64,000 bases of DNA from Pseudomonadota bacterium (GTDB lineage: Bacteria > Pseudomonadota > Alphaproteobacteria > Sphingomonadales > Sphingomonadaceae), in contig JBCBMN010000001.1 in the NCBI GenBank assembly GCA_039822745.1, positions 300 to 64,299 on the forward strand. The letters run 5' to 3'. How positions within the stretch are numbered: position 1 is the first letter of the stretch; each line of letters starts with the position of its first letter. The notes under the pieces were generated by a model, which did not search any database, was not told where the DNA came from, and saw only the letters and a list, made by a program, of their open reading frames with translations. Below, in pieces: positions 22,978 to 33,117 of this stretch. The position numbers were made by a program, and so were the translations under genes.

Positions 22978-23653
22978 GGTCCGCTGCTTCCACCCATTGC
23001 ATCACGCCACCAGACATTGGTGTCCAGAGGCCCGTCTTTATCCCTGCTGCGGCAAGCTGGTCTGAGGTCCACTGATTGCAGGTTCTGAACACGCTGTAGG
23101 TGCCGTGCGCGTCATAGAAGACATCATGACGGCTATAGCCCGGCTCAATCGTGGCGCGATGATCGGTAACCAGTTGTCCGGCGATCGTCTCCGCCAGCGC
23201 CCGATATTCCGATTTGCGCAGGTTCACGACCCGATAGCTTTCGGAAGGGGCCGGCCGAACATAATGCGCAACGTGCAAGATACCGTCTCCGCCAGCCAGC
23301 GCGCGCGCGGCAATCACGGGGTTGAGATCGGCCCAGGTCTCGGTCTCCAGAAAGAAAGCGCGCTCGCCAAAGCTGACCGAGACATGGGTGTAATCGCGAT
23401 ACGGTGCCTCGATGTCAGCAATCGGGAAGAGGTCCAGCCAGTCAATGATGTCGGTCTGGTTGGGCATCACGATTTCCGTGTGCACGCCATTGGTGCCGAC
23501 CATGATCGCAACAGTCGGTTCAAGCAGCGGGTCAGGCTCAGACCAGTCGGAATTCCGGGGAATGAGCGCGCCAAGCCATGCGCTCAGCAAGAAGAGCAGG
23601 ATGGCAGCGGTCAGGCTGATCCCGATCCATCGCAGCGCTCTCCACACGCGCAT
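22970..23653 (-). CDS. DUF2459 / TIGR02117-like protein
   Basis: NGVHTEIVMP, SFGERAFFLET and YSVFRTCNQWT. Confidence 0.8.
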   Translation of the reverse strand: MRVWRALRWIGISLTAAILLFLLSAWLGALIPRNSDWSEPDPLLEPTVAIMVGTNGVHTEIVMPNQTDIIDWLDLFPIADIEAPYRDYTHVSVSFGERAFFLETETWADLNPVIAARALAGGDGILHVAHYVRPAPSESYRVVNLRKSEYRALAETIAGQLVTDHRATIEPGYSRHDVFYDAHGTYSVFRTCNQWTSDQLAAAGIKTGLWTPMSGGVMQWVEAADPN

Positions 23654-23656
23654 GTC

Positions 23657-24598
23657 TTATTCGTCGCGCCAGTTCATCCGTGCACGCTCGCGCCCGGTAA
23701 ACCGCCTGCGCAGCCAGAGTATCGCCCAATCACCGCGTTGCAGGCGGGCTTGCGGCTGAAATCCGGCACGCTTGTAAGCTTGGCGCACAGCGCTCTCTTG
23801 CTCGCCTGCCAAGAGCCCGGCGAGCAACAGATTTCCGCCAGGCGTAACACTCTTGGCAAAGCTGGGCGCAAGATCGACCAGCGGCCCTGCCAGAATGTTG
23901 GCTATCAACAGGTCATAGGGCCCACGCAGGTTCAAAAGCGAGTTTTCCATGCCGTCAGCGATGACCATGGTGATCGCCCCCGCGCCCGCACCAATGGTGA
24001 TGCGATTGAGATGGGCGTTCTCCTCCACCACTTGCGCGCAGATGGGATCAATATCGGATGCGGTGGCCTGCGCAGAGGGCCATAGCCGCATAGCCGCAAA
24101 ACCCAGCAATCCGGTTCCCGTGCCAACATCGGCAATCCGCCGAACCGAGCGGCCGCGTGCTTTCATATGCGCCAGCATCTCAAGGCACCCGGCGGTTGTT
24201 TGGTGCTGACCGGTGCCAAAGGCTTGAGCGGCAGGGATAACGAAGTCGATCGCGTTGTCATTGGCAGGAAAGTCCGGCGTGCGGACATAGAACGGCCCCG
24301 CGCTGATCGGCTGCGTCCCTTGCTGGCTGAGCGTCAGCCAATCCTCATCGGGCAATCTTTCAACCGCAATATCAGGCGCGCCACCTTGAAACAGGCCTTT
24401 CAATGCCCGCGTCTGGATCGGGCCGGGTCTGCTGGGATACCAGCCTTCCAGCACCCAATCCTCAGGTCGATCTTCGCACAGTTCGCGGCCTGCAATGACA
24501 AGGTCAAAGTCCCAATCTTCAATCTCGTCATGCGCAAGCAGCGCGGCCTGCACCACACGCTTGGGCGCGTGCGCCGTCAATTTCCAGCTCGTGCTCAT
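23657..24598 (-). CDS. prmA: Ribosomal protein L11 methyltransferase
   Basis: AFGTGQHQTT, DVGTGTG and ANILAGPL. Confidence 0.92.
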   Translation of the reverse strand: MSTSWKLTAHAPKRVVQAALLAHDEIEDWDFDLVIAGRELCEDRPEDWVLEGWYPSRPGPIQTRALKGLFQGGAPDIAVERLPDEDWLTLSQQGTQPISAGPFYVRTPDFPANDNAIDFVIPAAQAFGTGQHQTTAGCLEMLAHMKARGRSVRRIADVGTGTGLLGFAAMRLWPSAQATASDIDPICAQVVEENAHLNRITIGAGAGAITMVIADGMENSLLNLRGPYDLLIANILAGPLVDLAPSFAKSVTPGGNLLLAGLLAGEQESAVRQAYKRAGFQPQARLQRGDWAILWLRRRFTGRERARMNWRDE

Positions 24599-24614
24599 TG
24601 GTTTTCTGCGACCC

Positions 24615-25325
24615 CTAACGAACGTAGCTTGCTCCATTGGCATCAATAACCGCGCCTGTCATGCTTGGTGGTGCATCAAGAGCACAAAAAGCAATGACCT
24701 CGGCGATTTCCTCTGGCTCAGCGACCCGGCCTAAGGGAATATCGGCAAGCAGGCCCGGACCGCCGCGTGTTTCGAGATAATCGCCAGCCATGGCTGTGTC
24801 GGTGAAACCGGGGGTTACGGCAAAGCTAAGTATTCCCTCTGAGGCAAAGCCGCGGGCGATGGTCTTGTGCATCGCCACCATGCCGCCCTTGGCCGCAGCA
24901 TAATGCCAGTGCGCCGGGCTGTCTCCGCGATAGGCTGCGCGGCTGGCGACATGGACGATACGACCGGCAAAGCCGCGCTCCTGCCAATGGCGTATGGCAA
25001 GCCGAGAGAGCTGCGCGGCGGCGGTCAGATTGATGCGCAAAGTGTCCTCCCACGCATCAAGCCACTCCAGATCGGAGCGTTCGATCCGGTTGGGTTCAAA
25101 CAGCCCGGCATTGTTGATGAGGACATCGATTGCGCCCCCGGACCTGGCCAGCGCCGTGTCCCACAAATGCTGAGCTGCAAGCGGGTCGCGAAAGTCTGCC
25201 GCCACCGCTTCGGGAGCGCCCGGTCTTGTCTGATGGCCGATGACCGCGCAGCCGCGTTTGATCAGCGCTTCATAGGTAGCGGCACCGATCCCGCGGCTCG
25301 ATCCGGTGAGGAGAATGAAACTCAT
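24615..25325 (-). CDS. SDR family oxidoreductase
   Basis: TGSSRGIG, NNAG and YAAAK. Start moved to ATG 25325 so that it does not overlap sdhC. Confidence 0.9.
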   Translation of the reverse strand: MSFILLTGSSRGIGAATYEALIKRGCAVIGHQTRPGAPEAVAADFRDPLAAQHLWDTALARSGGAIDVLINNAGLFEPNRIERSDLEWLDAWEDTLRINLTAAAQLSRLAIRHWQERGFAGRIVHVASRAAYRGDSPAHWHYAAAKGGMVAMHKTIARGFASEGILSFAVTPGFTDTAMAGDYLETRGGPGLLADIPLGRVAEPEEIAEVIAFCALDAPPSMTGAVIDANGASYVR

Positions 25326-25434
25326 GACAAGCTCTATCCAAAACTTTGCAAGCATTGTCGAGGCAAGGGCGCTTGCGCGAACGCAAACATGCGGTAAGAC
25401 GCTGGCAGGGATTTTCAGCTGAAGACGAGTAATA

Positions 25435-25830
25435 ATGGCACAAAGACCGCTTTCTCCGCACCTCCAGATATGGCGGTGGGGTCCGCACATGCTGGTTTCC
25501 ATCCTGCACCGGGCAACGGGCGACGGCATGGCTCTGGTAGGCCTTGGCGTGTTTCTCTGGTGGCTGGGCGCTTTGGCGAGCGGGCCGGAAGCCTATGAGA
25601 CCTTTCTTTGGGCCGCAACTTCACCGGTGGGCTATGTCGTGATGATCGGGCTGACCTGGGCATTCTTTACCCACATGATGAGCGGCTTGCGCCACTTCGT
25701 ACTCGATATCGGCGCTGGTTATGAGCTCGACACCAACAAGATGTGGTCGATGCTCTCGCCCATTATCGCTGCGATCCTCACCGTATCGGTCTGGACATAT
25801 GTACTGCTTCGCGACGGAGGACTGGGCTAA
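25435..25830 (+). CDS. sdhC: Succinate dehydrogenase cytochrome b556 subunit
   Basis: RPLSPHLQIW, SILHRATG and SGLRHFVLD. Confidence 0.96.
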   Translation: MAQRPLSPHLQIWRWGPHMLVSILHRATGDGMALVGLGVFLWWLGALASGPEAYETFLWAATSPVGYVVMIGLTWAFFTHMMSGLRHFVLDIGAGYELDTNKMWSMLSPIIAAILTVSVWTYVLLRDGGLG

Positions 25831-26216
25831 TGGGTGGCGGCACTTCAATTGGCCGCGTTCGCGGCTTGGGTTCGGCGCATGATGGCGCGCATCACTGGCT
25901 AAAGCACCGCCTGACGGCGATCAGCAACCTCATCCTGATGAGCTGGTTCATTGTCAGCCTGCTTTTGCTGGGCGATTACAGTTATGAAAGTGTCACGGCA
26001 TGGATGTCGCAGCCGATCTCCGCAGTTGCGATGATGCTGCTTTCCGTCAGCCTGTTCTGGCACGCGCAAATGGGGCTGACCGTTCTGATTGAGGATTACA
26101 TCCACAATTCCGGCTCTAAATTCGGCCTTCTTACCCTTCTCAATCTCGCTGCCGTTGGCGGCGCTGTCTTCGCGATCTTCAGCGTCGCGACTCTCGCTTT
26201 TGGAGCAAATGCATAA
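25830..26216 (+). CDS. sdhD: Succinate dehydrogenase hydrophobic anchor subunit
   Basis: [12 protein letters not shown] and HAQMGL..IEDYIH; TAATG coupling on both sides. Confidence 0.95.
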   Translation: MGGGTSIGRVRGLGSAHDGAHHWLKHRLTAISNLILMSWFIVSLLLLGDYSYESVTAWMSQPISAVAMMLLSVSLFWHAQMGLTVLIEDYIHNSGSKFGLLTLLNLAAVGGAVFAIFSVATLAFGANA

Positions 26217-28069
26217 TGGCAACCGCAGCAGCAAACGATGCAGGCCCCCAGCTTCAGGGCGCTTACAACATTATTGATCACGTCTATGACGTCGTTGTCG
26301 TAGGTGCTGGCGGTTCGGGCCTGCGTGCAACCATGGGTGCAGCCGAAGCAGGCCTTAAAACTGCGAACATCTCCAAGGTTTTCCCCACACGCTCGCACAC
26401 GGTCGCTGCGCAGGGGGGCATCGCCGCTTCGCTGGGCAACAACACGCCTGACCACTGGACCTGGCACATGTATGACACCGTTAAGGGGTCGGACTGGTTG
26501 GGCGATCAGGACGCGATCGAATACCTCGCGCGGGAGGCTCCTGCAGCGGTTTACGAGCTTGAGCATGCTGGTGTTCCGTTCAGCCGCAATGAAGACGGCA
26601 CGATCTATCAGCGCCCCTTTGGTGGCCACATGCAGAATATGGGTGACGGCCCGCCCGTGCAGCGCACCTGCGCCGCGGCTGACCGTACCGGCCACGCAAT
26701 GCTCCACGCGCTCTATCAGCAGAGCCTGAAGTATGACGCGGACTTCTTCATTGAGTACTTCGCGCTTGATCTGATCATGAGCGATGTCGGCGGTGAGAAG
26801 AAGTGCGTGGGCGTGATGGCCATGTGCCTCGACGATGGCACAATCCACCGTTTCCGCGCGCAGAGCGTGGTGCTGGCCACCGGCGGTTATGGCCGCTGCT
26901 ACTACACTGCGACCTCGGCGCACACCTGCACCGGCGATGGCGGCGGCATGGTACTGCGCGCTGGCCTTCCGTTGCAGGACATGGAGTTCGTGCAATTCCA
27001 CCCGACCGGCATTTACGGCGCAGGCGTGCTCATCACCGAAGGCGCGCGCGGCGAGGGCGGTTACCTGACCAATTCCGAAGGCGAGCGCTTCATGGAGCGC
27101 TACGCTCCGTCGGCCAAGGATCTGGCCTCGCGCGACGTGGTCAGCCGTTCGATGGCGCTCGAAATGCGCGAAGGGCGCGGTGTGGGAGAGGATGGCGATC
27201 ACATCCACCTGCACCTCGATCATATTGACCCCAACGTGCTGGCTCAGCGCCTGCCGGGCATTACGGAAAGCGGAAAGATCTTCGCTGGCGTTGACCTCAC
27301 CCGCGAAGCGCTGCCGGTGACGCCGACCGTGCATTACAATATGGGCGGGATTCCCTGTAATTATCACGGTCAGGTCGTGACGCTTGGCCCCGATGGCGAT
27401 CCCGATCACGTGATCCCCGGCCTTTATGCCGTGGGTGAAGCTGCCTGTGTGAGCGTTCACGGCGCGAACCGACTTGGCTCGAACTCGCTGATTGACCTTG
27501 TAGTGTTTGGCCGCGCAACCGGCATCCACCTCAAGGAGAACCTTGAAGCCAACGCCGCGCAGCCTGAACTGCCCAAGGAATCGGCTGATCTGGCGCTCTC
27601 GCGTCTCGACCACTTCCGCTATGCTGAAGGCGGATCGCCGACTGCGGAAATCCGCGCCGAGATGCAGAAAGCGATGCAAAAGCATTGCGCCGTGTTCCGC
27701 GATCAGGAGCTGATGGACGAAGGCGTGCAAAAGCTGGCTGACCAGAACAAGCGGATGGAGGACATCCACGTCACCGACAAATCGCTGATCTGGAACAGCG
27801 ACCTGATTGAGACGCTGGAGCTTGATAACCTGATGTCTCAGGCAAATGTGACGATGGCCTCAGCAGCAAACCGCAAGGAAAGCCGCGGCGCCCACGCGCA
27901 TGAAGATTTCCCCGACCGCAACGATGCCGAATGGATGAAGCACACCATCGCCTGGTTCGATGGCTGGGGCGGACGCGGCAGCAACATCCGCTTGGATTAT
28001 CGCCCGGTCCACGAATACACGCTGACCGAAGACGCGGAATATATCGAGCCCAAGGCGCGGGTTTATTGA
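26216..28069 (+). CDS. sdhA: Succinate dehydrogenase flavoprotein subunit
   Basis: [26 protein letters not shown] and C-terminal PKARVY. Confidence 0.99.
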   Translation: MATAAANDAGPQLQGAYNIIDHVYDVVVVGAGGSGLRATMGAAEAGLKTANISKVFPTRSHTVAAQGGIAASLGNNTPDHWTWHMYDTVKGSDWLGDQDAIEYLAREAPAAVYELEHAGVPFSRNEDGTIYQRPFGGHMQNMGDGPPVQRTCAAADRTGHAMLHALYQQSLKYDADFFIEYFALDLIMSDVGGEKKCVGVMAMCLDDGTIHRFRAQSVVLATGGYGRCYYTATSAHTCTGDGGGMVLRAGLPLQDMEFVQFHPTGIYGAGVLITEGARGEGGYLTNSEGERFMERYAPSAKDLASRDVVSRSMALEMREGRGVGEDGDHIHLHLDHIDPNVLAQRLPGITESGKIFAGVDLTREALPVTPTVHYNMGGIPCNYHGQVVTLGPDGDPDHVIPGLYAVGEAACVSVHGANRLGSNSLIDLVVFGRATGIHLKENLEANAAQPELPKESADLALSRLDHFRYAEGGSPTAEIRAEMQKAMQKHCAVFRDQELMDEGVQKLADQNKRMEDIHVTDKSLIWNSDLIETLELDNLMSQANVTMASAANRKESRGAHAHEDFPDRNDAEWMKHTIAWFDGWGGRGSNIRLDYRPVHEYTLTEDAEYIEPKARVY

Positions 28070-29022
28070 TCCGAACGGAAAATCACCATTGGGTTCCAAA
28101 GTTTCTCCTTAGAAACTTCGCCTCCGACGATGGGCGCGTCTTCTACTACAACTTGGCCAATAGGCAGATAGGAAAAAGACCACCGAAACAGCTTGCGTCT
28201 AGGCCAAACTTCAATGACTTGCTGGTTTCAGGTGAGCCAACCTCGTTCGAACGTGTCTACGAACGAATTGAGACGCGTGCGGCCCCCGTCGTCAAACAAT
28301 TGATCGCTGCGAAGAGGGTCTCGGATCTTTCTAGAATTCAGCGTTTTGCGTTGTCTGAGTTCCTTGCAGCACAGTCGTTTCGCACTGAGGCTTATCGTCG
28401 CGGGCTGGCGGCCGGTCGTCAGGGCATTGATCTAGGCGATGTGTTGAGTTCGCATTTAGAAGACATTGAGTCTTTGGCTTTGATGATCAGTGATCGTCGA
28501 TGGGCACTTATGGAGAGCCCTCAGGGAACCTACTTTCTTATCGGCGATAACCCATTGGTATTACAAGACCTGGAGCGGCCTTCTGAGGGCGGTGCGCTAG
28601 GTTTAGATATGGCCAACGTAGAGGTTTTCATGCCGCTCTCGCCGTCATTAGCGTTGTATATGCCATCGCGCGAAGTTGGCGATCAAATCGTTGAAGGTTA
28701 TTGGAATGCTTTGCAGCTCGCATTCGCTTCTATTGACGGTTTGCCAAACTCTCAGTCATTGGGACCAGCGGAACGTGAGGTTGTGGATCGTTGCCTCACT
28801 AGTGCAGGTCCTCTGTATCGAGCTTTGCGTTTGGGCGAGGTGCTCCCAGCCGAGCAAGACAATGTAGTGAACCTCAATGCTCTACAGATTTTCTGGGCTG
28901 CCAACGAAGTGTTTTCGAGAAGTTCTGACTTTTCGTTTGTAGAGCACGTGCTGGCCGAGTCGCCTAGCGCGAACACCATCATTCCTGTTAGAATCGAGAA
29001 GGCCCAGCCCATTCGCCCGTGA
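28066..29022 (+). CDS. DUF4238 domain protein
   Basis: [20 protein letters not shown] and [10 protein letters not shown]; TTG start overlaps the sdhA TGA; lower GC. Confidence 0.8.
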   Translation: MIRTENHHWVPKFLLRNFASDDGRVFYYNLANRQIGKRPPKQLASRPNFNDLLVSGEPTSFERVYERIETRAAPVVKQLIAAKRVSDLSRIQRFALSEFLAAQSFRTEAYRRGLAAGRQGIDLGDVLSSHLEDIESLALMISDRRWALMESPQGTYFLIGDNPLVLQDLERPSEGGALGLDMANVEVFMPLSPSLALYMPSREVGDQIVEGYWNALQLAFASIDGLPNSQSLGPAEREVVDRCLTSAGPLYRALRLGEVLPAEQDNVVNLNALQIFWAANEVFSRSSDFSFVEHVLAESPSANTIIPVRIEKAQPIRP

Positions 29023-29121
29023 CCCAGCTGGGCGTTCCCAATTCAAGGCGCGACACATCGCCTTGCCCGATGCGCCTTGCGCCGCAATAACAGCGCTGGG
29101 GCCTAGGGGATCACCACGCGT

Positions 29122-29247
29122 ATGAAACTGCTCGGCCAATTCGATGATCCGGCGACCGAGCGCGCTTACGTGCCAAGCGAGCGCACGGCGAGGATTCTTG
29201 CGACCTGCGTTCCAGTTGCAGCGCCTGAACCTTTGGCGACGTACTAA
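29122..29247 (+). other. 41-aa small ORF or gene remnant
   Basis: AGGGGA RBS, then MKLLGQFDDPATERAYVPSERTARILATCVPVAAPEPLATY*, abutting the next GTG start. Confidence 0.3.
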
Positions 29248-29772
29248 GTGTTTCAGAAAGACGATATCCGCCAGCGCCTCTCCTCCTATTGGAAGTTAGA
29301 AGTCGCCAACGCCGCGCTTATCCCGGTGATGATGCTGTGCCTGTGTCTCTACACTCAGCAGCCCGTCGGCCTTGGCCTTGCGCTCGCCTGTGTGCCGATG
29401 TGCGGGCTCCTTATAATCGGCGGGCTGTACTGGCGCGCGAAGCTGCATCAGTTGGAGGGGCGGGGCGAGACGATGCGCGCTTTTCTGCCGCTCGCGCACA
29501 AGTGGCATCTGCCCATGCTGGCCACGACCGCGCTGGCTTGCGTCTTGGCCGTGGGCGCATGGTTCACCGAACTTGCCGCTTCCACCGGAGAGCGCTGGGC
29601 GATTACCATTGCCGCGATCCTCGCTGCGCTGGAATACATCAATTACTACCACCGCCAATTGCAGCATTTTGACCACGCGCCCGATTTCCAGCGATTGATC
29701 ACCGGGCGCGGGTTTCAGCGCTCGGCAATGGCCAAAGACCTTGCCCAATGGCGGCGTCACATCAGGAAGTGA
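29248..29772 (+). CDS. Hypothetical membrane protein
   Basis: About 4 TM segments; LEYINYYHRQLQHFD motif; host-like codon usage. Confidence 0.75.
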   Translation: MFQKDDIRQRLSSYWKLEVANAALIPVMMLCLCLYTQQPVGLGLALACVPMCGLLIIGGLYWRAKLHQLEGRGETMRAFLPLAHKWHLPMLATTALACVLAVGAWFTELAASTGERWAITIAAILAALEYINYYHRQLQHFDHAPDFQRLITGRGFQRSAMAKDLAQWRRHIRK

Positions 29773-29832
29773 AACCAGACCTCAGCCTGTCCGTTGTTCG
29801 GTCATAGACCGCCCAGTGAAAGCATGCATTCA

Positions 29833-30306
29833 ATGCTCAACCATAGCCAACCCGCGCTCGATGAATATAAACCTTACAGCTATCGCGATGATCCCGAGGT
29901 GCCGGATTTTGACGACACACGCGGCGTATTCGTCTTTGATCACCATTGCGTGCTGTGCGGGGGCGGGGTCGGCTTTATCATGAAGCATGACAAGAGGCGC
30001 GCCATCGCCTTCACCTCCGCGCAACAGGGGCTGGGAGAGGCCTTGTGCCAGCATTACGGCATCGATTGGGATGAAAGCTTCCTCTTCCTCCATCAGGGCC
30101 GCGCTTACATCAAGTTTGATGGCTATTTCGCCGTTGCCCGCGCGATGGGTGGCATGTGGCACATTCCCACCATCTTCCAGATCATCCCGCGCTTCATTCT
30201 TGATCCGCTCTACAACTTTGTCGCGCGCAATCGGTACAAGTGGTTCGGCAAGACGCCTGAGGCCTGCGCCGTTCTGAGCGAGGACCAGCGCGCGCGATTG
30301 ATTTGA
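29833..30306 (+). CDS. DCC1-like thiol-disulfide oxidoreductase (DUF393)
   Basis: FDHHCVLC and YNFVARNRYKWFG. Confidence 0.9.
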   Translation: MLNHSQPALDEYKPYSYRDDPEVPDFDDTRGVFVFDHHCVLCGGGVGFIMKHDKRRAIAFTSAQQGLGEALCQHYGIDWDESFLFLHQGRAYIKFDGYFAVARAMGGMWHIPTIFQIIPRFILDPLYNFVARNRYKWFGKTPEACAVLSEDQRARLI

Positions 30307-30383
30307 GACAGGGCAGGCTGCGCGGCATGCTGAGGAGCGAGACTGGCTTGACCCCCTTGCAATCTCGCGCCAGCGTGCATGCC

Positions 30384-31373
30384 ATGATCCGAATTCCTCT
30401 GACGCTCGCTCTTCTTGCCATGCTGTTTGCCATTCCTGCTTCGCCGCGATTGAATGCGCAGGACAGCAACCCCAACCAACCGCCAGCCCACGTCGAAGGC
30501 TATCCCAATCTGGGCACCGGCAAGACCCGACAGGCACGGCGGCAGAGTTATGACCTCGGCCCGCAATTGCAGCGCGGTATTCCGGCGCTTGAAATGCTGG
30601 AGCAAAGGCGGCGGCTCGATGAGGCTTTGGCTGCGATCAAGAGCCAGCGGCGCGGCACAGTCGATGCCTACGTGGTCACGATTGCTCTCGACAGCGATCC
30701 AGTCTTTGCCCGCGAGGCGCGCGAGGCGGCGAGGGTGCTTGCCCGGCGCTACGATGCGCAAGGACGGACGCTGACACTCGCGGGGCCAGACGGGTCGCGC
30801 AACGATCTGCCCTATGGTTCGATCGACACGCTGCTGGTGAGCCTCGCGCGCATTTCGGAGATCATGGACCGCGATGAAGATGTGCTGGTGCTCTATTCAA
30901 CGAGCCACGGCATCCAGCTGGGCCTTGCCTACCATTACGGCGATGTCGGCTATGGCGTGCTCAGCCCCGCGCGGTTCAAATCAGTGCTGCAAGAGCTTGG
31001 CATCAAGCGCCGCATCCTGCTTCTGAGCGCGTGCTATTCGGGCATTTTCATCGATCCACTGTCGAGCGCAGACACCGCTATCCTGACAGCCTCGGCTGCG
31101 AACCGCACATCGTTTGGATGTCAGGCAGAGAATGACTGGACCTTCTTTGGCGATGCTCTGATCAACAATGCGCTGCGACGCCCGCAAAGCCTTAAGGATG
31201 CCTCGCTTCAGGCCGGGGGTCTGGTCGCGAATTGGGAGGCCAAGCAGCGCCTGCTCGCCTCGCTCCCTCAGACCCGGATTGGCAAGGGCGTGGAAGCGTG
31301 GCTGCCCGAACTTGAAGCGCGCATGCCGCAAATCGCGACACAGCCCGTCGGGCGGCCCGCCATTGGGGAGTAG
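30384..31373 (+). CDS. Peptidase C13 family, secreted
   Basis: VFARE, YSTSHG and SACYSG (His-Cys dyad); RTSFGC and TFFGDA. Confidence 0.88.
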   Translation: MIRIPLTLALLAMLFAIPASPRLNAQDSNPNQPPAHVEGYPNLGTGKTRQARRQSYDLGPQLQRGIPALEMLEQRRRLDEALAAIKSQRRGTVDAYVVTIALDSDPVFAREAREAARVLARRYDAQGRTLTLAGPDGSRNDLPYGSIDTLLVSLARISEIMDRDEDVLVLYSTSHGIQLGLAYHYGDVGYGVLSPARFKSVLQELGIKRRILLLSACYSGIFIDPLSSADTAILTASAANRTSFGCQAENDWTFFGDALINNALRRPQSLKDASLQAGGLVANWEAKQRLLASLPQTRIGKGVEAWLPELEARMPQIATQPVGRPAIGE

Positions 31374-31376
31374 GCG

Positions 31377-32972
31377 CTAGTCTGCCGGTGCCTCGGCGCG
31401 TCTGGCTTTCACGATTGTTACCGGCTCAGCGAGCATCTGCCCGCGCATCATCCCGTCACCCTTTTCGGGATCAATCCCGCTCTGGTGGATCGCGGCGACG
31501 ATATCCATTCCGCTGGTGACATAGCCAAACACCGCATAGCCATTGCGCCACACTTCCTCTTCGGCATCGGGCCGCGCATCCAGGCCGATCTGATCCTGTA
31601 ACATGATTGAGAAGTCGCCATTGGCGCTGCCCGGTTCGCCCATCGCCATCGAAAGTGCACCATTGGTATGGCTCAGCCCGGTTTGCGTGGTCGGCTCATG
31701 CGCAATGCCGGGCAGGATGCGCTTGGGATCAAACTGGGTGCCGCCTTGCAAAAGGCCATTGGGCTTGGGCTCGCGATCGAGGCTCATGGCGCGGTAAAAG
31801 ACCGTGCCGTCAAAGCGCCCGTCATCGACATAGCGCAGGAAATTGGCCGCGGTGATCGGCGCGCGCTCCACCTCAAGCGCAATCGTGATGTCGCCCATCG
31901 TGGTTTCAAGCACCACGTCGAGCGTTTCATATTGCGGATCGGGCTCCGGCGCGTCGGTTACCTGCGGCGCGGGCGGCTCCTCGCTCTTGATCTCAAACTT
32001 CATGATCAGTGTGTTCTGGCACCCGGCGCGCTCCCGCTCAAAGCAATTGTTAAAGTTGTCGTCTGAGGCGAGGTAGAGATAGCGCTTTCCAAACTGCTCG
32101 CGCACAGCGAGCCCTTCGAAATTGTCGCGCGTTAGCGGCGCGTCGAAGATGGCGAGGGTGGTCTGGGTGTCGTCTTCGGCCAGTTCGACAATCGCAGCAC
32201 GGTTGCCATAGCCCGGTTTGTAGCTGCGCATGAGGATATAGCATGTGCCGTCGTCTGCGCAGGCTGCGTCGGTAGGGGCACCGTCATGTTCGGCAAGAGA
32301 CTGGGGAGGGACAAGCGAAAAGGGCGTGGGTGTCATCCCATTGATGCGCGCGCAGTTTGGAGCGTCAGGGAAAGAGTTCTCGACACACATCAGCCCGCCT
32401 ACCGGTGCGGAGGTCAGTGTCTCCAACCCCTTGTTTGGGCCGCTAAAGGTGAGGGCCTTCATGGGTCTTGTGCCCAGAGTTTCAGCGGGGCCGTCGAGTG
32501 TCTGGTAGCGCCATACCCGATGATCTCGCTCGAATGCTATCAACCATTGGCCTTTGTCGTCGCGGGTTATCGCCTCGGCATCGGCCTCGCTCTTGGTCTT
32601 GAGCTTCTTTCCCTTGGTGTCGCGCAGGGTGCCCATGTCGATGGAATAAAGATCAAGCAGCCGACCATTGCTCTCATCGGTTTGGATTTTAAGCCAGCGG
32701 CCATCATCGCTCACGGCATAAAGCGCGCCGCCGCCATTGTCCGCTTCATTATCGACCCATTCGAGGCCGGAGATGCCGCCGATCTTTTCCTCTCCCGGTT
32801 CAACCTTCAAACCGCCGCGATAGATCAGCTTGCCCACCTCACTTTGTTCGGGATCACTCTCGTTCAGGGTCACCGGCAGGGTTTGAGGGAGGATGTCCTC
32901 ATATTCTTGCGCGGCGAGAGCACCGGGAATGAAGAACAGGGCGAGAGCGAGAAGAGGTGTCTTCCATGTCAT
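31377..32972 (-). CDS. Phytase-like (esterase-like) domain fused to a cyclophilin-type peptidyl-prolyl isomerase
   Basis: N-terminal GGISGL, SDDG, DAEAI, DNFEG and SDDNF; C-terminal APITAANFLRYV, FYRA, QGG, ALSMA and GYAVFG; signal peptide. Confidence 0.82.
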   Translation of the reverse strand: MTWKTPLLALALFFIPGALAAQEYEDILPQTLPVTLNESDPEQSEVGKLIYRGGLKVEPGEEKIGGISGLEWVDNEADNGGGALYAVSDDGRWLKIQTDESNGRLLDLYSIDMGTLRDTKGKKLKTKSEADAEAITRDDKGQWLIAFERDHRVWRYQTLDGPAETLGTRPMKALTFSGPNKGLETLTSAPVGGLMCVENSFPDAPNCARINGMTPTPFSLVPPQSLAEHDGAPTDAACADDGTCYILMRSYKPGYGNRAAIVELAEDDTQTTLAIFDAPLTRDNFEGLAVREQFGKRYLYLASDDNFNNCFERERAGCQNTLIMKFEIKSEEPPAPQVTDAPEPDPQYETLDVVLETTMGDITIALEVERAPITAANFLRYVDDGRFDGTVFYRAMSLDREPKPNGLLQGGTQFDPKRILPGIAHEPTTQTGLSHTNGALSMAMGEPGSANGDFSIMLQDQIGLDARPDAEEEVWRNGYAVFGYVTSGMDIVAAIHQSGIDPEKGDGMMRGQMLAEPVTIVKARRAEAPAD

Positions 32973-33042
32973 TCGTCGCACTCTATCGTCTGCTTATCGA
33001 GGTGCAACAGCTGTCAGACCCTATTCATGCGGGCTTCATGTT

Positions 33043-33073
33043 TACATCCGTAGTCGATACAGCTACAAGTGTA
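33043..33073. promoter_or_regulatory. Tandem BlaI/MecI/CopY-type operators
   Basis: TACA-TC-CGTA (33043-33052) and TACA-AG-TGTA (33064-33073), 21 bp apart; the family consensus is TACAnnTGTA. Confidence 0.75.
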
Positions 33074-33117
33074 ATCGTCAGTTTCGCCGAGGCCTTCGGC
33101 GGGTGGGAGGAACCAAC

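Noticed and set aside
26096-27769. Long antisense ORFs (557 aa here; also 40957-42237, 57379-58965, 45415-46443 and 349-1362)
   Set aside because: They are shadows of codon-biased, GC-rich genes on the opposite strand and carry no recognisable motifs.
27931-28065. N-terminal extension of the DUF4238 ORF overlapping sdhA
   Set aside because: The family motif begins right after the TTG at 28066, so the upstream part is just an open frame inside sdhA.
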